A stretch of DNA of 64,000 bases from Chitinophagales bacterium (GTDB lineage: Bacteria > Bacteroidota > Bacteroidia > Chitinophagales > Chitinophagaceae): assembly GCA_038227505.1 (NCBI GenBank), contig JBBRPX010000001.1, positions 1,067-65,066 of the forward strand, read 5' to 3'. Below, piece by piece: positions 49,282 to 58,004 of the stretch. The notes below the pieces were generated by a model. The model was not told the DNA's origin and ran no database searches. It saw only the letters and a program-made list of their open reading frames with translations. Each line of letters begins with the position of its first letter. The first letter of the stretch is position 1. A program made the position numbers and the translations under genes.

Positions 49282-49416
49282 TTTTTATTTTTTTCTAAAA
49301 AGAAATTAATTACAAATCTTTCGAAAATCTTAATACAGATATTGAAAAATATAAACCGCAAAGATGGCAAGCACAAATAGTTAAAATAGAGCTCAGCGTT
49401 TTTGCGGTTAAATACT

Positions 49417-51051
49417 TTATGCCTCTTCCATAAAACTATACCTGTAATCTACCACAGGCACAAATGTTTCTTTAATTGTACGTGCACTTAACCAACGGTA
49501 TAAATTTAACTGCGAACCGGCTTTATCATTTGTTCCACTTGCTCTTGCACCACCAAATGGTTGCTGCCCTACCACTGCACCGGTTGGTTTATCATTTATA
49601 TAAAAATTTCCTGCACTGTTTCGCAGTTTGTTAACCGCTAATTCAACTGCATACCTGTCTTGTGCCAAAACTGCCCCTGTAAGTGCGTATGGCGAAGTGC
49701 TGTCAACCAGTTTCAATGTTTCTTCATATTTATTTTCATCGTAAATATAAATGGTCAATACGGGGCCAAATAATTCTTCACACATAGTTACATAATACGG
49801 ATCTGTTGCTTCAATTATGGTTGGCTCAATAAAATATCCTTCTGTTTTATCGCACTTACCTCCTACCCATATTTTTGCACCGCTGTCTTTTTTACGAACA
49901 TTTTTTATATAACCTTCGAGCTTATCAAAACTCTTTTCATCTATAACCGCATTTATAAAATTGGTAAAGTTTTCTACCGTTCCCATTTTCATGGTCTTCA
50001 CCATTTCTACCAGTTTCTTTTTTATTTCCGCAGCAAGGTTGCTTGGAATATATGCACGGGATGCTGCTGAACATTTTTGTCCCTGGTATTCAAAAGCTCC
50101 TCTTGCAAGTGCTGTCACTACTGCATCTACATTGGCACTCTTGTGTGCAATCACAAAATCTTTACCACCGGTTTCGCCGACAATTCGTGGGTAAGATTTA
50201 TAGATTGGTGTGTTTTTACCAATAGTCTCCCACATTTTATTAAAAACTCCTGTGCTGCCTGTAAAATGTAATCCGGCAAATTCAGGATGGTTAAAAATTA
50301 CATCTCCGATTGTCTGGCCATCAACAAAAACAAGGTTTATAACACCATCTGGTAAACCTGCTTCTTTTAAAATATTCATAAACATCTGTGCGCTGTACAC
50401 CTGTGTATTGGCACATTTCCAAACAACCACATTACCGCACATAGCGGCACTTGTAGGTAAATTGCCGCCAATAGCTGTAAAATTAAATGGCGTCAAAGCA
50501 AATACAAATCCTTCCAGCGGACGATACTCTAAACGGTTATGAATACCAGGACTGCTAATTGGTTGCTTTTGATAAATATCACTTAAAAAGTGAACGTTAA
50601 AACGAAGGAAATCTATCAACTCGCAGCTTGCATCTATTTCAGCCTGCATGGCATTTTTACTTTGCCCGAGCATGGTGGTTGCATTAATATGCGGACGGTA
50701 TTTGGTAGCCAATAAATCAGCGGCTTTCAAAAATATATTTGCCCGGTTTTCCCAGCTCATATTTGCCCATTTATCTTTTGCTTTTAAGGCAGCGGCAATT
50801 GCTTTTTTTACATGGCCAGCATCACCGATATGATATTGCCCAAGCACGTGTTTGTGTTCGTGCGGCGGACGTATACTTACTGTTTTTCCTGTACGTACTT
50901 CATCAGCACCAATGTACATTGGCACATCTATTTTTGTACTTTTAAATTCTTTTAATGCTGCTTTTAGCGCAAGTTTTTCTTTAGACCCTTTTGCATAATT
51001 AAGCACGGGTTCGTTGATTGGTAGCGGGTAATAAAATGAGCCGTATTGCAT
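49417..51051 (-). CDS. pruA: L-glutamate gamma-semialdehyde (P5C) dehydrogenase
   Basis: PFNFTAIGGNL, GETGGKDF, FEYQGQKCSA and RASGTNDKAGS motifs. Confidence 0.95.
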   Translation of the reverse strand: MQYGSFYYPLPINEPVLNYAKGSKEKLALKAALKEFKSTKIDVPMYIGADEVRTGKTVSIRPPHEHKHVLGQYHIGDAGHVKKAIAAALKAKDKWANMSWENRANIFLKAADLLATKYRPHINATTMLGQSKNAMQAEIDASCELIDFLRFNVHFLSDIYQKQPISSPGIHNRLEYRPLEGFVFALTPFNFTAIGGNLPTSAAMCGNVVVWKCANTQVYSAQMFMNILKEAGLPDGVINLVFVDGQTIGDVIFNHPEFAGLHFTGSTGVFNKMWETIGKNTPIYKSYPRIVGETGGKDFVIAHKSANVDAVVTALARGAFEYQGQKCSAASRAYIPSNLAAEIKKKLVEMVKTMKMGTVENFTNFINAVIDEKSFDKLEGYIKNVRKKDSGAKIWVGGKCDKTEGYFIEPTIIEATDPYYVTMCEELFGPVLTIYIYDENKYEETLKLVDSTSPYALTGAVLAQDRYAVELAVNKLRNSAGNFYINDKPTGAVVGQQPFGGARASGTNDKAGSQLNLYRWLSARTIKETFVPVVDYRYSFMEEA

Positions 51052-51055
51052 AGGT

Positions 51056-51682
51056 TTATTTAAATTGAAGGTTTATTTTCTTAAAAATTTCTTTTTTTAC
51101 TTTCGACCAGGTTTTCTTTTTTAAACAATTTGGTGTTTCCGAATCTTCAGCATCCGCATAATAGGTAATCATTTTTGCAACAGCAATTGCAAGCATCGGA
51201 TTGTATTTTTCTCTATAAAATTTTGCTATTTCTTCTATACCGAAAATGTCCAGCAGCTCATTTATATCCCAAAAATCTTTTTTGGTTGCTCTTTTCGATA
51301 TCGCATTTACCTTAGAAGCAGCAATATCTTTTAAACCCCACATCCTTATCCCGTCCTCTTCAAAAACTTCATCTATCAGAATTCCATTATGCCTGCAAAT
51401 ATCAATTTTCACTTCATCAATAAAAGAAAAAACTCCAAGCTTATTGTTGGGGTTAGAAATTAATTGAAGGCTTTTTCCGAAATTTGTTTTTAAACTTTCA
51501 ATGACTTGTTCATTATCAAAGTGGTTATGAGAAAACAAATCCAAATCAATTGAAATTCTGTGACCAAAACGCAGAGACAAAGCTGTGCCACCGACCAAAT
51601 TGAAATGTTGTAATTCCTTTATGAGCATCAATTTTTTCAGTAAAGAGAAGGTATCGGGTTTAACTGTTTTAATATATAGCAT
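51056..51682 (-). CDS. AbiEii/AbiGii-family nucleotidyltransferase (putative toxin)
   Basis: LVGGTALSLRFGHRISIDLDLF NTase motif; DIAASKVNAI…R…KDFWD. Confidence 0.85.
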   Translation of the reverse strand: MLYIKTVKPDTFSLLKKLMLIKELQHFNLVGGTALSLRFGHRISIDLDLFSHNHFDNEQVIESLKTNFGKSLQLISNPNNKLGVFSFIDEVKIDICRHNGILIDEVFEEDGIRMWGLKDIAASKVNAISKRATKKDFWDINELLDIFGIEEIAKFYREKYNPMLAIAVAKMITYYADAEDSETPNCLKKKTWSKVKKEIFKKINLQFK

Positions 51683-51936
51683 CTAAATTTTTCTTTAGGA
51701 ATATCAAAAAGACCTGAACAAAATTCAATTGTTTCATCAAACAAATATCTTGCAGTAATAAGCGCTTCTATTACTTTTTCATCTCCGTAATATCTTCTCA
51801 CTTGTCTTATATCATCAATATCACCTCTCTCAAATGTTCTTTCTATAACAAATTTATATTTTTTATCGTAGTCAATTTTTTCAAAATCAACGTCCCAAAA
51901 AATCCTTTTTGCCAATATAGGTTTAGTCATTTTCAT
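51637..51936 (-). CDS. DUF6922-like small protein (putative antitoxin)
   Basis: IFWDVDFEKIDY…FVIERTFERG…YYG motif; overlaps the NTase gene. Confidence 0.75.
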   Translation of the reverse strand: MKMTKPILAKRIFWDVDFEKIDYDKKYKFVIERTFERGDIDDIRQVRRYYGDEKVIEALITARYLFDETIEFCSGLFDIPKEKFRCYILKQLNPIPSLY

Positions 51937-51971
51937 ACGGAAAGTTACTATAAATTAATTACTAATTACAT

Positions 51972-53061
51972 CTACACCTCCTCCTTCTCCGCCATCAAAT
52001 ATGCTTTTATAAATCCATCAATTTCACCATCCATTATTGGTCCTACATTGCCTACTTCATAATCGGTACGGTGGTCTTTTATCATTTTGTAGGGGTGAAA
52101 AACATAGGAACGTATCTGGCTGCCCCACTCTATTTTCTTCTTCTTACTATTGGCGGCATCTTTTATCTCGTTGCGCTTTTGTAGTTCTATCTCATACAAT
52201 CTGCTCTTTAGCATTTGCATGGCAAGCTCTCTGTTTCCCAACTGGCTCCTATCCTGCTGGCAGACAACCACAATACCTGTTGGAATGTGCGTCAGCATTA
52301 CTTTTGTTTCAACTTTATTTACGTTCTGCCCACCTGCTCCTCCACTTCGGGAAGTTTCCATTTTCACATCCGCAGGGTTAATATCTATTACAATTGAATC
52401 GTCAACCAGTGGATAAACATTTACACTTACAAAACTGGTATGCCGGCGAGCTGCACTGTCAAAAGGCGAAATTCGTACTAAGCGATGCACACCACTTTCG
52501 CTTTTTAAAAAACCATAAGCAAACGCCCCTTCAAATTTATAAGTACAGGTTTTTATACCGGCACCATCGCCCCATTGCCAGTCCATTTCTGTAACGGTCC
52601 AACCTTGTTTTTCACCATACATTCTAAACATACGGGCAAGCATTTCTGCCCAGTCCTGGCTTTCTGTTCCCCCTGCGCCACTGTTAATCTGCAGCATGGC
52701 AGGCAGTTCATCTTCGGGCTCATTTAATGTACTTTTAAATTCTGCTTCTTCCACCTTGTTTACTGCATCGTCAAAAGCTTCTCTCACTTCTTCTTCCGTG
52801 GTATCACCTGCTTTCCAAAACTCAAAAAGTACCGCAAAATCTTCTACAGCAGTACTTACAGCGTAAAACATGTTTACCCAGTACTCATTTACTTTGGTTT
52901 CTTTTAAAATGGAAGTTGCCCTGGCATTGTCATCCCAAAAGCCCGGCGAAAGGGAAAGTTGTTTATCGTTTGCAATCTTTGATTCTCGGTTTTCTACGTC
53001 AAAGAAATCTCCTCAAAACCATTGTACGGTCTCGAAGAGCCTTTATTTGTTCTATTGTCAT
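51972..53061 (-). CDS. prfB: Peptide chain release factor 2 (programmed +1 frameshift)
   Basis: ATG 53061, CTT-TGA-C slippery site at 53004-52998 with upstream AGGAG; GGQ and SPF motifs downstream. Confidence 0.97.
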
Positions 53062-53171
53062 GGCGCAAAAATAATGGAAAATTTTTAGTATCATAATCTT
53101 CCAGTTCCTTCTCCTTTGGAGTAGGGTTGGGATGAGGTTTTTTTTGTACATTGCCAAACTAAAATAACATC

Positions 53172-54194
53172 ATGATTTTTCGCAGCAAAGCGCCCCTGCG
53201 CATTGGTCTTGCAGGTGGTGGTACAGATGTAAGTCCTTATGCAGATTTATTTGGCGGTGCCATATTAAATGCTACCATTTCATTGTCCGCACATGCATCA
53301 ATTGAAATGTTAGCCGAAAAAATAATCATAGTAGAAGCACCTGACAGAAACGAAATGGAACAATACCATTTTACAAATAATTTACCTTTAAACGGAACTT
53401 TAGATTTATTAAAAGGTGTTTACAACCGAATACAAAAAGACTACCCATTTCCTGAGCAAGGGTTAAGGCTTACAACTTTTGTAGATGCGCCGGCAGGGTC
53501 AGGACTTGGCACTTCTTCAACCCTTGTGGTTGCTATTATTGGCGCTTTTGTTGAAATGCTTAAACTGCCACTTGGCGATTACGATATTGCACATTACGCA
53601 TTTGATATTGAGAGGAACGATTTGCAACTCTCGGGCGGCAGGCAGGATCAATATGCTGCTACATTTGGCGGCGTAAATTTTATGGAGTTTTATAAAGAAG
53701 ACAAAGTAATTGTAAACCCTTTGCGCATTCGCCCGCAATACATGCACGAGCTGGAAAATAATTTGTTGTTGTTTTTTACAGCCACCTCAAGAGAGAGCGC
53801 TACCATCATTAACGAACAGGTAAAAAATGTAAAAGCCAACAACGAAAAAAGTATTGATGCTATGCATAATTTAAAAGAACAGGCTCAATTAATGAAGGAG
53901 GCTTTACTGAGAGGTAAAGTAAACGATATCGGTTCCATACTCGATTATGGTTTTACGCAAAAAAGAAATATGGCAGCAAATATTAGCAACAACAATATTG
54001 AGGCAATTTATGACGCTGCAAAAAAAGCCGGTGCATCAGGTGGAAAAATAAGCGGAGCAGGTGGCGGTGGCTTTATGATTTTTTATTGCCCGGGTAATAC
54101 CAGATACGCTGTTAAAAATGCTTTAGAGCAATTTGGTGGAGAAATAAAAAAGTATTCGTTCACAAAATATGGACTTACAACCTGGTCAGCTTAA
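53172..54194 (+). CDS. hddA: D-glycero-D-manno-heptose 7-phosphate kinase (GHMP)
   Basis: APLRIGLAGGGTD, PAGSGLGTSS, GGRQDQY and KISGAGGGG motifs; operon context. Confidence 0.85.
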   Translation: MIFRSKAPLRIGLAGGGTDVSPYADLFGGAILNATISLSAHASIEMLAEKIIIVEAPDRNEMEQYHFTNNLPLNGTLDLLKGVYNRIQKDYPFPEQGLRLTTFVDAPAGSGLGTSSTLVVAIIGAFVEMLKLPLGDYDIAHYAFDIERNDLQLSGGRQDQYAATFGGVNFMEFYKEDKVIVNPLRIRPQYMHELENNLLLFFTATSRESATIINEQVKNVKANNEKSIDAMHNLKEQAQLMKEALLRGKVNDIGSILDYGFTQKRNMAANISNNNIEAIYDAAKKAGASGGKISGAGGGGFMIFYCPGNTRYAVKNALEQFGGEIKKYSFTKYGLTTWSA

Positions 54195-54236
54195 AAGGTT
54201 TGGGGCTTTGAACATTGGAACTATTTTCAACATTTG

Positions 54237-54310
54237 ATCGGGCTATGCGTTACAATCTTTTTATTCGCTAAAGCGATATAAAAAGGATTTCCACTTCTAT
54301 CCCGCAGCCC
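54237..54310 (-). repeat. Structured intergenic repeat, copy 2
   Basis: Reverse complement GGGCTGCGGGATAGAAGTGGAAATCC…hairpin…GATTGTAACGCATAGCCCGAT matches 4064-4134. Confidence 0.8.
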
Positions 54311-54403
54311 TTTGTTGTTAACTCTTTTTTCAACTTTTTAACTACTCTGTTTCATATTATATAGTCATTCACAATCCATAAATTTGCCGAACAAATATTT
54401 TAA

Positions 54404-54976
54404 ATGAAACAAACCATCCGTTCCATCATTCAGGCTTCTATAGATACCAAGTTATCAATTTTAGCAGATGAAAAAATGATTGATAGTATTCATTCCGCAG
54501 TTGACGTTATAACAGCCGCCTTTAAAAACGGTAATAAAATATTGTTTTGTGGCAACGGTGGCAGCGCTGCAGATGCACAACATTTGGCAGCTGAATTTAG
54601 CGGTCGTTTTTACAAAGACAGAGATGCTCTTCCAGCTGAAGCATTGCACGTAAATACATCTTACATGACTGCGGTAGCAAACGATTATAGTTTTGATGTG
54701 GTATACTCCCGCATGATTAATGGCATTGGCAAAAAAGGCGATGTTCTTGTTGGGCTTAGCACATCTGGCAACAGCGTTAATATTTTAAAAGCTATAGAAA
54801 CTGCCAAGCAGAAAGGCATGACTAATATAGGGTTCACAGGTGCATCCGGTGGTAAAATGAAAGACGAATGCGATATTTTGTTAAACGTACCTTCAACAGA
54901 TACGCCCCGAATTCAAGAAAGCCATATACTTCTCGGTCATATTATTTGCCAGCTTGTTGAGGAACAATATTTTTAA
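54404..54976 (+). CDS. gmhA: Sedoheptulose 7-phosphate isomerase
   Basis: CGNGGSAADAQHLAAE, STSGNS and RIQESH motifs; TAAATTTG at 54379-54386. Confidence 0.95.
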   Translation: MKQTIRSIIQASIDTKLSILADEKMIDSIHSAVDVITAAFKNGNKILFCGNGGSAADAQHLAAEFSGRFYKDRDALPAEALHVNTSYMTAVANDYSFDVVYSRMINGIGKKGDVLVGLSTSGNSVNILKAIETAKQKGMTNIGFTGASGGKMKDECDILLNVPSTDTPRIQESHILLGHIICQLVEEQYF

Positions 54977-55003
54977 TCCACATCATATTTTAAAACTCAT
55001 TTC

Positions 55004-55714
55004 TTGCCAATAAAAGAATGTATCATACTTGCGGGTGGTCTTGGCACACGTTTACGCAGCGAAGTGGCAGACTTACCAAAATGCATGGCGCCCGTAGCCG
55101 GTAAACCTTTTCTGCATTGGGTTATCACCTATTTGCAATCGCAAGGAATAAAATCTTTGGTTTTCTCTCTTGGCTATATGCACGAAGTAATAAACCAGTA
55201 TATAAACGAAAATTATTCATTTTTACATGTACAATTTTCTGTAGAAAAAGAACCGCTTGGAACAGGTGGTGCTATTAAACTTGCCATGCAATTGTGTAAG
55301 GACGAAAATGTACTTATAGTAAATGGCGACACTTTATTTGAAGTAAATATTAAACATCTATTTACTGAACATATTAATAAAAATAGTACCTGTACCCTCG
55401 CATTAAAACCAATGCAAAACTTTGATAGATATGGTGCTGTTACTGTTAATAAAAATAATGTAATAACAGGTTTTACAGAAAAAAAATATATGCAACCAGG
55501 ATTAATTAATGGTGGTGTTTATGTAATGAATCGATTCCATTTTAACCAAATAATTCTACCCCAAAAATTTTCTTTTGAAAAAGATTTTTTAGAAAAATAT
55601 TTAGATACACTTACCATGATTGGCATAGCCGACGATGGCTATTTTATAGATATTGGAGTACCAGAAGATTTTAAAAAAGCCAATAAGGAAATTAAAGAAA
55701 AATATAATGCTTAA
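55004..55714 (+). CDS. hddC: D-glycero-alpha-D-manno-heptose 1-phosphate guanylyltransferase-like
   Basis: LAGGLGTRLR, PKCMAPV, EPLGTGGA and FIDIGVPED motifs; operon context. Confidence 0.8.
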   Translation: MPIKECIILAGGLGTRLRSEVADLPKCMAPVAGKPFLHWVITYLQSQGIKSLVFSLGYMHEVINQYINENYSFLHVQFSVEKEPLGTGGAIKLAMQLCKDENVLIVNGDTLFEVNIKHLFTEHINKNSTCTLALKPMQNFDRYGAVTVNKNNVITGFTEKKYMQPGLINGGVYVMNRFHFNQIILPQKFSFEKDFLEKYLDTLTMIGIADDGYFIDIGVPEDFKKANKEIKEKYNA

Positions 55715-56258
55715 CATAAAAGAAATTAATACAGAATGGACCTTGTTTTTAGATAGAGATGGTGTTATAAACCACGAAAAAGCCAACGATTATATTCATA
55801 CTTGGAGTGAGTTTCAGTTTTATGATGGTGTGTTAGAGGCAATGGCAATCTTCTCAAAAAAATTTAAATATATTATTGTTGTTACCAACCAAAGAGGCAT
55901 TGGCAAAGGCGTTACCAAGGAGGAAGATCTTTTATTTCTTCACAAAAAAATGAAAGCAGCCGTTGAAGAAAATGGCGGGAGGATTGATGCCATTTATTAT
56001 TGTAAAGACGTAGACAGCATCAGCCCTTGCAGGAAACCAAATATTGGAATGGGATTACAAGCTGTGAAAGATTTACCGGAAATATATCTTACAAAAGCCC
56101 TCATGGTTGGCAATACTTTGAGTGATATGCAGTTTGGCAAAAACTTGGGTGCTTCTACTATTTTTTTGCCAACTACAAGACCTGAGGTTGATTTAAAAGA
56201 TGAAAATATTGATGCAGTTTTTCCATCATTAATTGCATTTGCCAACAATCTGTTGTAA
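55707..56258 (+). CDS. gmhB: Heptose-1,7-bisphosphate phosphatase (HAD)
   Basis: FLDRDGVIN, VTNQRG and CRKPNIGM motifs; ATG 55707 overlaps the hddC end. Confidence 0.9.
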   Translation: MLNIKEINTEWTLFLDRDGVINHEKANDYIHTWSEFQFYDGVLEAMAIFSKKFKYIIVVTNQRGIGKGVTKEEDLLFLHKKMKAAVEENGGRIDAIYYCKDVDSISPCRKPNIGMGLQAVKDLPEIYLTKALMVGNTLSDMQFGKNLGASTIFLPTTRPEVDLKDENIDAVFPSLIAFANNLL

Positions 56259-56329
56259 GTTTTCGTTAAAGAATTGAATATGTTCATCAAGTAAAGATGC
56301 AATAGTATTTGATTTAATATATTTACCCA

Positions 56330-57274
56330 ATGAAAATTTGGGTAACGCTTTTAATGATACTTTTTGCTACTTCTACACTTTCTGCGCAACAGATATCTAC
56401 TGCCGACAAATTATTTTTGCTTAAAAAAGAAGACTCTCTAAAAACCGTCGGGTTAAAAATAGTACAGGGCAGAGATGCGGCAGATCGCTTTTTTGCAGAC
56501 AGTGCTTTTACCAGAATTTTTGTTCGTGCATTAAGAACAAAAAATTCTTTTAATCATCCCTTCGATTCTATCGTCAACATTTCAAAATTGTATGCGCCAG
56601 ATAGTTCTTTTAAAATATTTACATGGCAATTAATGATCAATGAAAATACCATCAGGCAGCATGGTGCTATTCAAATGAAAACAGCTGATGGTTCGTTAAA
56701 AGCTTTCCCACTAATTGATAGGTCAGATATTACAATAAACCAAGCCGATACTATTGCAGATAACAATGGTTGGATGGGCGCAGTTTATTATAAAATCATT
56801 CAAAAAGAATATAAGGGAGAAACTTTTTATACCCTGCTAGGCTTTGATGAAAACAACATAAAAAGTGACAAAAAAATAATGGATGTTTTACAATTTGTGA
56901 ATGGCAAACCAGTTTTTGGGAATAAGCTTTTTGTAATAGAAAACAGCAACGAATATCAAAAGCAAATGGCTCGTTACATTTTAGAATATAAAAAAGAAGC
57001 AGCTGCAAGGCTAACATTTGATGAAGATTTGGGAGCAGTGGTTTTCGATGAGTTATCTTCAGAAAGTAATACCCCAAACAAAAAGTGGACATTGGTACCC
57101 GATGGTGAATACAACGGATTTCTATGGAAAAATGGAAAATGGGTTATGACAACCAACCTTTTCGCAGGTGCATCACCAAAAAAATATTCTGCAGAAAAAA
57201 CAATTAGAGATGCAAACGGGAATTTTGATCCAACTAAAATGAAAGGTGGAGAACCTGAAATAAAAGTTCCCTAA
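56330..57274 (+). CDS. Secreted hypothetical protein
   Basis: Long ORF with signal peptide; no family recognised with confidence. Confidence 0.7.
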   Translation: MKIWVTLLMILFATSTLSAQQISTADKLFLLKKEDSLKTVGLKIVQGRDAADRFFADSAFTRIFVRALRTKNSFNHPFDSIVNISKLYAPDSSFKIFTWQLMINENTIRQHGAIQMKTADGSLKAFPLIDRSDITINQADTIADNNGWMGAVYYKIIQKEYKGETFYTLLGFDENNIKSDKKIMDVLQFVNGKPVFGNKLFVIENSNEYQKQMARYILEYKKEAAARLTFDEDLGAVVFDELSSESNTPNKKWTLVPDGEYNGFLWKNGKWVMTTNLFAGASPKKYSAEKTIRDANGNFDPTKMKGGEPEIKVP

Positions 57275-57316
57275 TACTGATTGAAATGAGAATTTATTAA
57301 TACAAAAAACCAAATT

Positions 57317-57844
57317 ATGGCAGAAAATATAGAAGTTTCAATTTTAGGAAACGGTTGTTTTTGGTGTACCGAAGCGGTTTTTCAATTGGTAAAAGGAGTT
57401 ACAAGAGTCGAAAGTGGTTATAGCGGAGGCGATACCGAAAATCCAACATACAAAGATATTTGCACCGGTACAACCAACCACGCCGAATGTCTAAGGATAT
57501 CTTTTGACAGTAGTATAATTTCCTACGATGATGTTTTAAAAGTTTTTTGGGAATCACATGATCCAACAACAGTGAACAGACAAGGAAATGATGTAGGCAC
57601 ACAATACAGAAGCATTATCTTTTATGCCAACAATTATCAGCAGAAAATTGCGGAAGATTATAAAAAACAATTAAATGAATCTGGCAAATTTAAGAACCCT
57701 ATCGTAACGTTGATTGAATCCGCAACAATTTTTTATGTAGCAGAAGATTATCACCAAAATTATTACAACAACAACGGGAGTGCAGCCTATTGCCAGTTTG
57801 TTGTTAGGCCTAAAGTTGAAAAATATCTGAAGCACCTCGCTTAA
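57317..57844 (+). CDS. msrA: Peptide methionine sulfoxide reductase A
   Basis: GCFWC, HDPT…NRQGNDVGTQYRS and AEDYHQNY motifs. Confidence 0.97.
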   Translation: MAENIEVSILGNGCFWCTEAVFQLVKGVTRVESGYSGGDTENPTYKDICTGTTNHAECLRISFDSSIISYDDVLKVFWESHDPTTVNRQGNDVGTQYRSIIFYANNYQQKIAEDYKKQLNESGKFKNPIVTLIESATIFYVAEDYHQNYYNNNGSAAYCQFVVRPKVEKYLKHLA

Positions 57845-58004
57845 ATTAATAATTATTTTATCCATGTTACAACATTTTGTTATCTTCAAGACTTAACTGG
57901 GTAGCAATCCGTTACAATCCACAAAAAAATATTCCGACTTTCCTTTTAAAAAATCATTCCTCTCAACCTGTGAGCCTTTTTTTTGATCTAAAAAATAAAA
58001 AAAG

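Noticed and set aside
49354-49409. AACCGCAAA…TTTGCGGTT inverted repeat upstream of pyrR as a PyrR attenuator
   Set aside because: No ARUCC…GAGG PyrR-binding loop on the coding strand; more likely a degenerate repeat or a pruA terminator.
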